DNA of 64,000 nucleotides from Candidatus Omnitrophota bacterium (GTDB lineage Bacteria > Omnitrophota > Gorgyraeia > Tantalellales > Tantalellaceae). Below are positions 37,763 to 48,373 of this stretch, one piece after another. The stretch spans positions 66,236-130,235 of the forward strand of contig JBDRKO010000026.1 in assembly GCA_043813915.1 (NCBI GenBank), given 5' to 3'. Below the pieces are notes generated by a model. The model made no database searches. It saw only the letters and a list, made by a program, of their open reading frames with translations, and was not told the DNA's origin. A program made the position numbers and the translations under genes. Each line of letters starts with the position of its first letter. Position 1 is the stretch's first letter.

Positions 37763-38944
37763 ATGAAAAAAACCCTAAGGGATATACAGATAAGCGGGAA
37801 AAGAGTTCTTATGCGGGCGGATTTTAACGTGCCGTTGAACGAAGAGCGTGTTATTACCGATGACTCGAGAATAACCGCGGCTATGCCTTCCATAAAATAT
37901 ATACTGGATAACAGCGGAAAGCTTATTCTGATGAGTCATTTGGGGCGTCCTAAGGGGGAAGTTGACGACGCTTTGCGGTTGGACCCCGTAGCAAAACGTT
38001 TATCGGAACTTTTGGGAAAAAATGTCAAGAAGATGCCGGATTGTATCGGCAGCGATGTGGAAACGGCCGTAAAGGATATGCGGGACGGCGACGTGATACT
38101 TCTTGAAAACCTGAGGTTTCATAAAGAAGAGAAAAAGAACGATCCTGACTTTTCTAAAAAGCTCGCGTCTCTGGGAGAAGTGTTCGTCGAGGACGCGTTC
38201 GGGACTTGTCATAGAGCGCACGCTTCTACTGTAGGAGTTACAGCGTCTCTGCCCGGAGTTGCCGGATTTCTGGTAGAAAAAGAGATAGAATATTTCGAGA
38301 AGGTGACCAAGTCACCCGAAAAACCGTTCTGTTTAATACTCGGCGGCGCCAAAGTATCGGACAAAATACCCCTTATAGAGAACATGCTCGGGAAAATAGA
38401 TTTCCTGCTCATCGGAGGGGCTATGGCCTATACTTTTCTGAAATCGCGTCTTAAGGGGGTGGGTGCGTCAAGGGTAGAGGATGGTATGGCCGATACGGTT
38501 GAGAAGATATTCGCACTGGCAAAAGAAAAAGGTGTCAGTATTTTTCTCCCGCAGGATCATATAGTCGCGAAAGAGATCAGCCCGAAAAGCAGGCGCAAGG
38601 TGGTAAACGAACATATACCTGACGGATGGATAGGACTTGATATCGGACCAAAGACGGTCAGAACTTACTGTAATGTGATAAAGGAATCAAAGACCATCGT
38701 GTGGAACGGACCTGTCGGTCTTTTCGAGATGAAACCTTTTATGGGAGGCACTAAAAAAATCGCACAGATGATGTCTAAAGCCGATGCCACCACGGTAATA
38801 GGCGGAGGAGATACGGCGGCGGCCGTTAATCAGCTCGGGCTCGGCGGGAAGATGTCGCATATGTCGACCGGCGGAGGGGCGTCGCTGGAATATCTTGAAG
38901 GAAAAGAGTTGCCCGGGATAACGGCATTAGAAGATAAAGACTAA
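37763..38944 (+). CDS. pgk: Phosphoglycerate kinase
   Basis: RADFNVP, SHLGRP, LENLRF, GGAKVSDK, STGGGASLE. Confidence 0.98.
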   Translation: MKKTLRDIQISGKRVLMRADFNVPLNEERVITDDSRITAAMPSIKYILDNSGKLILMSHLGRPKGEVDDALRLDPVAKRLSELLGKNVKKMPDCIGSDVETAVKDMRDGDVILLENLRFHKEEKKNDPDFSKKLASLGEVFVEDAFGTCHRAHASTVGVTASLPGVAGFLVEKEIEYFEKVTKSPEKPFCLILGGAKVSDKIPLIENMLGKIDFLLIGGAMAYTFLKSRLKGVGASRVEDGMADTVEKIFALAKEKGVSIFLPQDHIVAKEISPKSRRKVVNEHIPDGWIGLDIGPKTVRTYCNVIKESKTIVWNGPVGLFEMKPFMGGTKKIAQMMSKADATTVIGGGDTAAAVNQLGLGGKMSHMSTGGGASLEYLEGKELPGITALEDKD

Positions 38945-39060
38945 AGTGTCAGAGTGTCAAAGTGTCAGAGTGTCAGAAAAAAAAGAAGGAAGAGAGACGA
39001 GAAACGAGGAATGTCTTCCCAGTGTCATCCCGAGCGAGCAGAGTGAGTCGAGGGATCTGG
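38945..39060. repeat. Octamer array plus GTCATCCCGAG REP
   Basis: AAAGTGTC/AGAGTGTC x4; GTCATCCCGAGCGAGCAGAGTGAGTCGAGGGATCT. Confidence 0.8.
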
Positions 39061-39143
39061 ATCGCTGGATCGGAAATCTTGACTCTTTGGATTTTTTAAA
39101 TACGTGACCATATTACCATTTAAAAACTAGGAACGGAGAAAAA

Positions 39144-39926
39144 ATGAGAAGACCTATGATCGCGGGAAACTGGAAGATGTATAAGGATATAAGCGAGGCA
39201 ATAGACTTGGCCAACGGTATAAAAAGAGCCGTTTTTGACGTGAGCGGTGTAGATATCGTGATATGTCCGCCGTTCACGAATTTAAGCGAAGTTGGGGAGA
39301 TCTTGACCGAAACGAATATCGGGCTCGGAGCCCAGAACTGTTATTGGGAAAAAGAAGGGGCGTATACCGGGGAAGTGTCGGTATCGATGCTCAAAAGCAT
39401 AGGATGCGGATACGTGATCATCGGGCATTCCGAGAGACGCGGTTATTTCGGCGAGACGGACAAGACCGTTAACGCTAAAGTAAGGAGCGCCATGGAAGGC
39501 GGATTGGTGCCTATCATGTGCGTGGGAGAGACTTTGGAAGAGAGAGAGAACGGCAAAACGCTGGAAGTTGTCAGAAGACAGGTCATAGGAGGACTTGAAG
39601 GGTTGAGAGAGGAAGATCTGGACGGTCTGGTGGTAGCTTATGAACCGGTATGGGCGATAGGAACGGGGAAGACCGCTACGCCCGGGCAGGCCCAGGAAGT
39701 CCATTTGGCGATCAGAACTCTTCTGAAGGAAATTTTTTCAGAGACTTTTTCGTCTTCCCGTCGTATACTCTATGGTGGAAGTGTAAATCCGGGCAACGTT
39801 GAACAGCTTATGTCCGAAGAAGATATCGACGGAGGTCTTATCGGCGGCGCCAGTTTAAAAGCCGATAGTTTTTCGGATATGATCAAAAAAACATCAGAAC
39901 TTTATCAGTGTTCAAAAAAAGGATAA
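39144..39926 (+). CDS. tpiA: Triosephosphate isomerase
   Basis: AGNWKM, GHSERR, AYEPVWAIGTG, YGGSV, GGASL. Confidence 0.98.
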   Translation: MRRPMIAGNWKMYKDISEAIDLANGIKRAVFDVSGVDIVICPPFTNLSEVGEILTETNIGLGAQNCYWEKEGAYTGEVSVSMLKSIGCGYVIIGHSERRGYFGETDKTVNAKVRSAMEGGLVPIMCVGETLEERENGKTLEVVRRQVIGGLEGLREEDLDGLVVAYEPVWAIGTGKTATPGQAQEVHLAIRTLLKEIFSETFSSSRRILYGGSVNPGNVEQLMSEEDIDGGLIGGASLKADSFSDMIKKTSELYQCSKKG

Positions 39927-39932
39927 AAAGAT

Positions 39933-40376
39933 ATGTTCATTTCACTTATTATCGTGCATCTCATAGTATGTCTGATCTTGATAGCGACTATACTCCTTCA
40001 GGCCGGTAAGGGCGGAGGGCTTACGGAAGCTTTCGGCGGAGGGGAGACAGCCCAATCGGTGTTCGGGACTCAGACGCCTAAGATACTGAAAAAAGCGACC
40101 ACGGTAAGCGCGATAGTTTTCCTGCTGACATCTTTAACCTTGGGCATGGTTACCGCTAGAAGAAACAAGTCTCTTTTTGACAAGATACGCCTTCCCGAAA
40201 TACCGGTAACGCAGACAGTAACGACCACGACCGCACCCGATGGCACGACAACAACCACTGTTGTGCCTAATGAAACGGGCCCGGCCGCAGTCGAGGGTAA
40301 TGAAAAAGAACTCGAGAAACCGGCTGCTCCGGTGGAACAAAGCTCTGAAGAGAAGGAAGGACCAATAAGCCAATAA
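39933..40376 (+). CDS. secG: Preprotein translocase subunit SecG with Thr-rich C-terminal tail
   Basis: ILLQ.GKGGGL..AFGGG, two TMs, position after tpiA. Confidence 0.9.
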   Translation: MFISLIIVHLIVCLILIATILLQAGKGGGLTEAFGGGETAQSVFGTQTPKILKKATTVSAIVFLLTSLTLGMVTARRNKSLFDKIRLPEIPVTQTVTTTTAPDGTTTTTVVPNETGPAAVEGNEKELEKPAAPVEQSSEEKEGPISQ

Positions 40377-40392
40377 TCAAACGGACTTATTT

Positions 40393-42045
40393 GTGCTGAA
40401 AATAAAAACAAAAACAGTGTTCAAGAGAAGGTCACTACCGATAAGAATGGCAGTGACCTTTTTTTTGTTAATGTCCGCACTTTTAGGGCAATCTGTCCTG
40501 TCGGCTGATAACGCGCGCGGCATAAGCAGCCGGGATGCTTGTGTGTTCTCGGGCATATCCGACGCGCGTATACTTATTCCTATCTTTGCGGACGATTCCA
40601 CTTCCAGTTCTGTATGCAGGATGATATATAACGGCCTTACAAAGGTCGATAAGGACCTGAAGGTCGTGGGTGACCTGGCAGAGAGCTGGGACATCTCCGG
40701 TGACGGTCTTTCTATCACTTTTCACCTCAGGAAAAATATAAAGTGGCACGACGGCACGCCTTTTACTTCCGGAGATGTAGAATTCACTTACGAACGGATA
40801 CTGGACCCGTCTTCCGCATGTCCCTACGTATCCAGCTATTCGGACATCATAGACATAGAAACGGTAGATGACCATACTATAAGGTTCTTATACAGGCAGC
40901 CTTATGCTCCGGCGCTGCTGAAATTCGGGATGGGGATAATCCCGGAACATCTTTTTAAGAACGAGACAGATATAAAAAGGTCGGAATATGCCAGGAAACC
41001 CGTAGGGACCGGACCTTACAGATTTTCAAGCTGGAAAAGCGCGGAATATATAGCGCTTGAAGCGAATGAGGATTATTTCGAGCATGTGCCCTTCATAAAA
41101 CGTTATGTTTATCGGATAGTGCCGGATCAAAGTGTCCAGTTCCTAGAACTATTGAGCGGCAATATCGATTCAATGGACCTCAACCCTTACCAGTACATAT
41201 ACCGCAGTGAGACTCCTGAATTTCTTGAAAGGATAGAGAAATATAAATACCTCGCGCATTCCTATACCTATATAGGGTACAATCAGAAGGACCCGTTATT
41301 CAGCGACAGGAGAGTAAGACAGGCATTGAGCTACGCTTTGGACAAAAAAGAGATCATACGAACGGTACTTCTGGGCTTGGGAGAAATATGTACCGGTCCA
41401 TTTTTGCCGGGAACACCTTATTATGAGAACGACGCCGAGTCTTACGATCACGATCTTGTCAAGGCATCCATACTTCTGCGTGAAGCCGGGTGGTATGATG
41501 TGGATGATGACGGTATACTGGAAAAGGACGGACAGGAGTTCCGGTTAAAGATAGTGACCAACCAAGGAAATCAGGTAAGAGAAGATACGGCGACCATAGT
41601 TCAGAGCCAATGGGCCAAACTGGGTATAAAGGCGGAGGTCCAGGTGATAGCCTGGTCAGCGTTCCTTGATCAGTTCATAGATAAAAAGAATTTTCAGGCC
41701 GTGATACTGGGATGGACCATCCCAGTTGACCCCGACATATATGCCGTATGGCATACGTCCTCGTCCGTTAGCGGCGGATTGAACTTTATTTCCTATTCAA
41801 ATAAAGATGTCGACCTTTTGATCGAGGAAGGACGCAGGGAAATGGATCCCGAAAAGCGGGCCGGGATATACCGTGAGATACACCGCCGGATGGCGGAGGA
41901 CGCGCCGTATACATTTCTGTTCTCGCCTTATGCTACCCCCTGTGTGCAGAAAAGGTTCAAAGGTATAGAACCGGCTCTGGCGGGTATAGGGTATGATCTC
42001 ATAGACTGGTATGTGCCGGAAGATGAAGTGAAATATAAGTTCTAG
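40393..42045 (+). CDS. Peptide/nickel ABC transporter substrate-binding protein
   Basis: IYNGL, DLAESW, KWHDG.PFTS.DV, PVGTGPY, RVRQAL; start may be 40447. Confidence 0.9.
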   Translation: MLKIKTKTVFKRRSLPIRMAVTFFLLMSALLGQSVLSADNARGISSRDACVFSGISDARILIPIFADDSTSSSVCRMIYNGLTKVDKDLKVVGDLAESWDISGDGLSITFHLRKNIKWHDGTPFTSGDVEFTYERILDPSSACPYVSSYSDIIDIETVDDHTIRFLYRQPYAPALLKFGMGIIPEHLFKNETDIKRSEYARKPVGTGPYRFSSWKSAEYIALEANEDYFEHVPFIKRYVYRIVPDQSVQFLELLSGNIDSMDLNPYQYIYRSETPEFLERIEKYKYLAHSYTYIGYNQKDPLFSDRRVRQALSYALDKKEIIRTVLLGLGEICTGPFLPGTPYYENDAESYDHDLVKASILLREAGWYDVDDDGILEKDGQEFRLKIVTNQGNQVREDTATIVQSQWAKLGIKAEVQVIAWSAFLDQFIDKKNFQAVILGWTIPVDPDIYAVWHTSSSVSGGLNFISYSNKDVDLLIEEGRREMDPEKRAGIYREIHRRMAEDAPYTFLFSPYATPCVQKRFKGIEPALAGIGYDLIDWYVPEDEVKYKF

Positions 42046-42660
42046 GGGAGAAAGAAATAGAAGTCAGAAATCAGAAGACAGAGGTCAGAAGACAGAGGCC
42101 AGAGGGAAGATAGACGAAGGACGAAAGAAGAAGGACGAGGGAAGAGCTGCTCTCTTGTCATTCCGACCGATTTCTGTGAAGCTTTAGCGAAGCAGAAGAG
42201 CGGAGGAATCTGGTTAAACACAAGAAAGATCCCTCAACTCGTTGCACTCGTTCGGGATGACAGAGCGGGGGCAGGCAAAGGAGATATTGGGTAGAAGATC
42301 CTGAAGGAGAGTCAAAGAGTCATCGCGCTTCGCGCTAGAGTCAGAGAGTCAGGTTGGACCGAGGTGGAAATAGAGTTATGTGTGATGTTATGATGAGGAA
42401 GTGGTTCTTGTTGCTCGTCATTGCGAACTCCGAGCTATGCGAGGGGTGAAGCAATCCCGGATCTTATAGAGATTGCTTCGTCGCCTGCGGCTTCTCGCAA
42501 TGACGGAGTGAGTGCGAATCACGACTTATGCTGTGCCCTTTGCTCTGTGCTCTATGCTGTTAAAGGTTCGTTAAGCAAAGTTACCAGAAACCGGTTACCA
42601 GTTACCAGAAGAACGACGTGATTTGCTGGTTACATGTAACAGGCAACTGGTTACTATTTG
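42046..42660. repeat. Large mosaic repeat cluster inside the ABC operon
   Basis: AGAAGTC and GACGAAG heptamers, inverted GTCATTCCGA/TCGGGATGAC and GTCATTGCGA/TCGCAATGAC REP pairs, AGTTACC inverted arrays. Confidence 0.85.
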
Positions 42661-42698
42661 TTAGGCACAAATTACCGCTCGCAAAAAAACGATACATT

Positions 42699-43682
42699 AT
42701 GAAAAGCTATATTATCAAACGATTATTTACGATCATCCCCATGATGATAGGGATCTCTTTCATCATGTTCGTTGTTATGCATCTGGCTCCGGGAGACCCG
42801 TCCAGCATGCGGTACGGCATGAACCCTGAAGTCTCAGGCAGTGCCAGAGCTGAATTCAGCAAAATGTACGGGCTGGATAAACCCGTTACGGTGCAGTATA
42901 TGCTTTGGGTAAAAAGGATACTGGCTTTGGATTTCGGGAGGTCGCTCACGGATGATCAGCCTGTTATGAAGAAAATAGCGGAACGTCTTCCGGCCACGCT
43001 GCTGCTTCAGTTCTCATCTATGGTGCTTATTTTCGGTATTGCCGTTCCGTTGGGGATATTCAGCGCGGTCAACAGGAATTCATTTTTTGATAAGGGAACT
43101 ACGATCCTTGTTTTTATAGGATACGCGACGCCGTCTTTCTGGCTGGCGCTTCTTATGATATTACTTTTCGGCGTAAAGCTTCAGTGGCTGCCGATATCGG
43201 GTATGAACCCATGGTATACCGAATATATGAGCGATTTTGATAAAGCTAAGGATCTTATCCGGCACATGATACTTCCTGTCACGGCCACGGCCTTCGGCTC
43301 CTTAGCGGCCTTATCCAGGTATTCAAGGTCCAGCATGATAGAGGTCATGGAAGAGAAGTATATTCTTACGGCAAGGGCAAAAGGTCTTACCCGCGGAAGG
43401 ACAATATTCGTGCATGCTTTGAAGAACGCGTTACTGCCCATGGTGACGATAATGGGATTATCCTTACCGGCCCTTATCTCGGGAAGTTTTATTTTTGAGA
43501 CTATTTTTTCATGGCCCGGGATGGGGCGTTTGGGATATGAGGCCGTGATGAACTATGATTATCCGGTCGTCATGGGAGTGGGTATAATCGCTACACTACT
43601 GACGCTTATAGGTATTTTTGTTTCGGATATACTCTATGCGGTAGTTGATCCGAGGATCAGACTGGATATAAAAAGGGGCTAG
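42699..43682 (+). CDS. Peptide ABC transporter permease (OppB/DppB-like)
   Basis: APGDP, GLDKP, LDFGRS, TARAKGL, ETIFSWPGMG. Confidence 0.92.
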   Translation: MKSYIIKRLFTIIPMMIGISFIMFVVMHLAPGDPSSMRYGMNPEVSGSARAEFSKMYGLDKPVTVQYMLWVKRILALDFGRSLTDDQPVMKKIAERLPATLLLQFSSMVLIFGIAVPLGIFSAVNRNSFFDKGTTILVFIGYATPSFWLALLMILLFGVKLQWLPISGMNPWYTEYMSDFDKAKDLIRHMILPVTATAFGSLAALSRYSRSSMIEVMEEKYILTARAKGLTRGRTIFVHALKNALLPMVTIMGLSLPALISGSFIFETIFSWPGMGRLGYEAVMNYDYPVVMGVGIIATLLTLIGIFVSDILYAVVDPRIRLDIKRG

Positions 43683-43762
43683 GATCTGGAAGTCAGAAGG
43701 TAGGAGAGCTCTTAATAACTGTTCACTTTTCACGACTCACGAATTACGAATTACGACCAGTC

Positions 43763-44575
43763 ATGAATAAACGCATAATATTCGGTATTACGATCATTTT
43801 AGGGATGCTTATAATAGCGGTGTTCGCCCCGCTAGTCGCATCTCAGGACCCGCTCGGGATAGACCACGATGCCAGACTTGAGGCTCCTTCTATGCTGCAT
43901 CTTTTCGGAACGGATAGTCTGGGCAGGGATGTGTTCAGCCGCATGGTCTATGGATCAAGAATATCACTGAGCGTAGGTTTTATTGCTGTCCTTATATCTA
44001 TTGTTATAGGCGTTTCCTTAGGAGGGGTCAGCGGATATTATGGAGGATGGATCGACAGTCTCATCATGCGTTTAGTCGAAGTGATGTATTGTTTTCCTAC
44101 ATTCTTCCTGATAATGATGATCATAACCTTTCTTGGACCCAGCATAGTTAATGTAATGGTCGTTATAGGCCTTACAAGCTGGCCGGGGTTATGCCGGCTC
44201 GTAAGAGCTGAATTCCTTACTCTAAGGGAAAGGGATTTTGTTCATTCCGCCAAGGTTCAGGGAGTATCGGATGCCAGAGTGATCTTCCGGCATATACTGC
44301 CAAATGCGATGGCGCCCGTATATGTGAGCGCTACATTGAGCGTAGGGGGCGCTATACTTGTAGAAAGCGCCTTAAGTTTTTTGGGTCTCGGAGTCCAGAT
44401 ACCCGATCCCAGTTGGGGGAACATTTTGACAACAGGAAAGAACTATATTGATTATGCCTGGTGGTTAACGGTCTTTCCGGGCGTTGCGATACTACTGACG
44501 GTGTTAAGTTTTAACCTGATAGGAGAGGGCTTGAGGGAAAGACTGGACCCGAAGCTTAGGGAGAAGAGGGGATAG
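43763..44575 (+). CDS. Peptide ABC transporter permease (OppC/DppC-like)
   Basis: GTDSLGRDV, HILPN, ESALSFLGLG, PSWG. Confidence 0.92.
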   Translation: MNKRIIFGITIILGMLIIAVFAPLVASQDPLGIDHDARLEAPSMLHLFGTDSLGRDVFSRMVYGSRISLSVGFIAVLISIVIGVSLGGVSGYYGGWIDSLIMRLVEVMYCFPTFFLIMMIITFLGPSIVNVMVVIGLTSWPGLCRLVRAEFLTLRERDFVHSAKVQGVSDARVIFRHILPNAMAPVYVSATLSVGGAILVESALSFLGLGVQIPDPSWGNILTTGKNYIDYAWWLTVFPGVAILLTVLSFNLIGEGLRERLDPKLREKRG

Positions 44576-45110
44576 AGGTCAGAGGATAAAAGAAGTATCA
44601 GAGTGTCAAAGTGTCAGAGTGTCAGAGATGAGCTAAGGAAAAAAGACGATGGACGAGAAAGAGTTTTAAGTGTTATGTGGGATGGAAATAGTTAAAGGTT
44701 AACAAGGGCATAGAGCACAGGGCACAGCGCATAGCATTAAGAAAGACGAAGGAAGAAGGACCCCGGCAGATTTCTTCGAAATCGAAGCGCGGGGGCAGAC
44801 GAAGCGCCGAGGCACCGAGGCACCGAGGACGAAATGTCCGAGGAAGTACTGAGGCCTCCCGGCCGAAGTGACGAAATGTCCGAGGTGGGCAAAACGTCCC
44901 CGTTTTGACGGAAGTCCCGTTTGCGAGGGAAGCAGCCTAAAAGGCGAAGGTGGAAGTTCTGAGGACACTCTTTCCATGGGAGTATAAGCCCTAGTCGAAG
45001 AATGTCCCCAGAATATATTTTTATTTCTGTTCACGCTATACGACATTCGCTATACTCTATACAATATACGAATTAACTGCCATGCCCTGTGCTCTGTGCG
45101 CTATGCTCTT
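44576..45110. repeat. Mosaic cluster containing composite repeat copy 2 (44761-45108)
   Basis: Near-identity to 22670-22951 plus extra CCGAGG modules. Confidence 0.9.
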
Positions 45111-45127
45111 GAAATGGGTCACTAAAT

Positions 45128-45922
45128 ATGGACAAATTACTTGAAATTAAAGATCTTACCGTGAAAATAGGGGAAAGATACGTTACCGAAAACGTCAATG
45201 TCCCGTTATATGCAGGAAGTATCACGGCTTTGGTAGGAGAATCGGGAAGCGGAAAGACCATTACTGCTCTTTCTGTCCTGAAAATTTTACCCGAAACCGC
45301 GTCTATAGAGAGAGGCGAGATATTGTTTTCGGGAAAGGATCTCTTAAAGACATCCGAAGCGGAGATGAGGGGAATACGGGGAAAACGTATAGCTATGGTA
45401 TTTCAGGAACCTTTTGCCTACTTGAACCCGGTAATGCGCATAGGTGAGCAGATAGGAGAAGTGATAAGGACACATGAGGGCCGATCGAAAAAAGATACCC
45501 TTTCCTATACGGAATACCTTTTAAAGACCGTAAAACTTTCTTCCGATACCGCGTTAAGCTATCCTCATGAGATGTCCGGTGGGATGTGTCAGAGGGCAAT
45601 GATCGCGATGGCTTTGGCATGCGACCCGGAGGTCCTGATCCTGGATGAACCCACCACGGCTCTGGATGTCTCCGTGCAGAAAGACATTCTGGACCTTATC
45701 GTGAAGATACAAAGGGAAAAACTTTTAGGTATTCTTTTTATTACGCACGATCTTTCGGTCGTGAGTATGATAGCTGATAGCGTTCATATTATGAAAGAAG
45801 GCCGTATATTGGAATTCGGGTCAAAGGAAAAGGTTCTAAATGATCCCGGCCATGCCTATACCAGACATCTGATAGCGTGTATTCCCAGGCTGGGAGACAA
45901 AAGGGAGCGGCTAGCGGCATAA
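45128..45922 (+). CDS. Peptide ABC transporter ATPase (OppD-like)
   Basis: GESGSGKT, YPHEMSGGM, DEPTTALD. Confidence 0.92.
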   Translation: MDKLLEIKDLTVKIGERYVTENVNVPLYAGSITALVGESGSGKTITALSVLKILPETASIERGEILFSGKDLLKTSEAEMRGIRGKRIAMVFQEPFAYLNPVMRIGEQIGEVIRTHEGRSKKDTLSYTEYLLKTVKLSSDTALSYPHEMSGGMCQRAMIAMALACDPEVLILDEPTTALDVSVQKDILDLIVKIQREKLLGILFITHDLSVVSMIADSVHIMKEGRILEFGSKEKVLNDPGHAYTRHLIACIPRLGDKRERLAA

Positions 45923-45966
45923 GAAATAATTTAATGCGGGACGGATATGCAGGGAGAGAGTGAGTA

Positions 45967-46695
45967 ATGGTAGAAGTTATCGATGTTAAAAAGTATTTTT
46001 ATAAGAAAGGCTTCTTATTTAGCCGTAAAGGTGCTGTTGCTAAGGCTGTCGATGGTGTGAGCTTTTTTATAAAAAAAGGGGAAACATTCGGATTAGTGGG
46101 AGAGTCCGGATGCGGAAAGAGCACAATAGCGAAAATGTTGGCGGGTATTTTAAGACCGGATCACGGAACTGTGCGTATAGAAGGAGGGGTAGATATGGTT
46201 TTTCAGGATCCGTTCGGATCTCTGAACCCCCGCATGACCATACGCGAGATCGTGGGGGAATCTTTGTACGTAAGGGACGAGGATAGAAAGGAGGTGTCTC
46301 TCAAGGTGAGGGAGACTCTCAATACGGTCAGGCTTGATCCTTCCAGAAGCATGATGAAATATCCTCATCAATTTTCCGGAGGAGAAAGGCAAAGGATAGC
46401 GATAGCAAGGGCTTTGATAAGACGTCCAGAGTTCATAGTGCTGGATGAGCCTGTTTCCAGCTTGGATGTTTCGATCCAAGCCGAAATATTGGATTTGCTT
46501 AAGGATCTGCAATCAAAATTCTCTCTTACGTATCTCTTTATTTCACATGACCTTAGGGTTGTTGAATTCATGTCGGATATTGTAGGAGTAATGAAAGACG
46601 GAGTTTTGGTGGAAACCGCGCCTGCTGAGGATATATACAGCCGACCCGAGCATGAATATACAAAGCATCTGCTAAGCTCAATTCCGGTCATTTAA
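45967..46695 (+). CDS. Peptide ABC transporter ATPase (OppF-like)
   Basis: GESGCGKS, YPHQFSGGERQR, DEPVSSLD. Confidence 0.92.
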   Translation: MVEVIDVKKYFYKKGFLFSRKGAVAKAVDGVSFFIKKGETFGLVGESGCGKSTIAKMLAGILRPDHGTVRIEGGVDMVFQDPFGSLNPRMTIREIVGESLYVRDEDRKEVSLKVRETLNTVRLDPSRSMMKYPHQFSGGERQRIAIARALIRRPEFIVLDEPVSSLDVSIQAEILDLLKDLQSKFSLTYLFISHDLRVVEFMSDIVGVMKDGVLVETAPAEDIYSRPEHEYTKHLLSSIPVI

Positions 46696-46807
46696 ATTGT
46701 GGGAAATGACAGTCAAAATACCTATCACCGGTTTCTAACCTGACAGATCTAACCAGGTTAGCTGCTAACCTGGTTAGAAAACTTAAAAAACTTACCCAAA
46801 AATGATA

Positions 46808-46836
46808 TTGAATATTTAGTAGAAATTTGGTAAACT
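46808..46836 (+). promoter_or_regulatory. sigma70 promoter of leuCDB
   Basis: TTGAAT-N17-TAAACT with TG extension. Confidence 0.5.
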
Positions 46837-46930
46837 GGCGGTTCAAATCAGTTCATAGTTGGTAGTTCATAGTTCGTAGCCGGAAGCTAGTAGCTTTGTT
46901 TTTTTGTGACTATAAACTTAATAAAGAAAA

Positions 46931-47037
46931 AACCCGCTTACGCCGAACTATTTAGGTTTCATCTGGCTTCAGCGGGTTAATTCGCACGTATAACTTATAC
47001 CCCTTACAGTTGTATAAGTTATGTGCTCATTAAGGAG
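46931..47037 (+). promoter_or_regulatory. Two-hairpin leader element abutting the leuC RBS
   Basis: Covarying homologue of the elements before argG and argH. Confidence 0.6.
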
Positions 47038-47044
47038 AATGTAA

Positions 47045-48325
47045 ATGGGTTATACGATAACGGAAAAGATAATACTTTCTCATGTTCCCGGTCTAAAAAA
47101 GATAGCTCCCGGGGATTTTGTTAAAGCTAAAATAGATATCTGTCTGGGGAACGATATTACAAGCCCTATAGCTATAAAAGAGTTCCGGGATCTGGGCCTG
47201 AAAAAGGTTTTTAATCAGAAACGTATAATACTGGTCCCGGATCACTTTTTGCCTGCCAAAGATATGAAAAGCGCTAACCAGGCTAAATTGCTCAAGGATT
47301 TCGCCAAAGAATTCGGTATAGAGCATTATTTCGAGCTTGGGGAAATGGGAGTAGAACATGCGCTTCTTCCCGAAAGGGGTCTCATTATGCCGGGAGACCT
47401 GATGATAGGGGCGGATTCTCATACCTGTACTCATGGCGCGCTGGGAGCTTTCGCGACCGGCATGGGAAGTACGGATCTGGCCTATGCGATGGCGTTCGGC
47501 GAATGCTGGCTTAAGGTTCCCGAGACCATAAAGATCGAGTTTACAGGCAAGCCCAGAAAATGGGTCGGCGGAAAAGACCTGATATTGCATGTTATAGCGG
47601 ATCTCGGTGTCTCCGGCGCTTTGTACAAAGCCCTGGAATTTACCGGCGATACTATGGAAGCGCTTTCTATGGACGACAGAATGAGCATGTGTAATATGGC
47701 CATAGAAGCCGGCGCGAAGAACGGAATAATAGCGCCGGATAAGATCACCGAAAAATACGTGAAGGAAGCGATAAAAAAATATAAACCGTCGCGAAAGACA
47801 TATAAGCTTGTAAAGAGCGATAAAGACGCTGAATACTCGGATATAAGAAAATACAATGTGTCTAAAATGGAACCGATGGTAGCCGCTCCCCATTTGCCTT
47901 CTAACGGCAAACCTGTCAGCGAATTTAAGAACGTGAAAGTCGACCAAGTGGTCATAGGTTCGTGTACCAACGGCAGAATAAGCGATCTCAAACTGGCGGC
48001 AACGGTGCTTAAGAATAAAAAAGTAAGTCCTGATACGCGTCTTATTGTTATTCCTGCCACACAGGCCGTGTATGCGGAGGCCGTCAAAGAAGGGTATGCC
48101 GAGGTTTTCATACGCGCCGGGGGCACTTTTTGCACTCCCAGCTGCGGACCTTGTCTGGGCGGGCATATGGGGATACTGCACGAGGGGGAAGTCGCTATAG
48201 CTACTACGAACCGCAATTTTGTCGGTAGAATGGGTCATCCTAAAAGTTTTGTATATCTTTCGAACCCGGCGGTGGCTGCCGCAAGCGCCGTAAAGGGGAC
48301 AATATCTCATCCATCCGACTTTTAG
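47045..48325 (+). CDS. leuC: 3-isopropylmalate dehydratase large subunit (homoaconitase-like subfamily)
   Basis: PDH, GADSHTCT.GA, IGSCTNGR, CGPCLG, TNRNF.GRMG. Confidence 0.93.
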   Translation: MGYTITEKIILSHVPGLKKIAPGDFVKAKIDICLGNDITSPIAIKEFRDLGLKKVFNQKRIILVPDHFLPAKDMKSANQAKLLKDFAKEFGIEHYFELGEMGVEHALLPERGLIMPGDLMIGADSHTCTHGALGAFATGMGSTDLAYAMAFGECWLKVPETIKIEFTGKPRKWVGGKDLILHVIADLGVSGALYKALEFTGDTMEALSMDDRMSMCNMAIEAGAKNGIIAPDKITEKYVKEAIKKYKPSRKTYKLVKSDKDAEYSDIRKYNVSKMEPMVAAPHLPSNGKPVSEFKNVKVDQVVIGSCTNGRISDLKLAATVLKNKKVSPDTRLIVIPATQAVYAEAVKEGYAEVFIRAGGTFCTPSCGPCLGGHMGILHEGEVAIATTNRNFVGRMGHPKSFVYLSNPAVAAASAVKGTISHPSDF

Positions 48326-48373
48326 GCTTTTAAGGTCATAGGGAAAAAGATCATCAAATTAAAGGGAAAAAAT

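Noticed and set aside
47093-48310. 405-aa minus-strand ORF (also 60241-61092, 47482-48216, 57883-58479 and similar)
   Set aside because: Antisense shadows of conserved genes (leuC, argG, argD) with no motifs or RBS.
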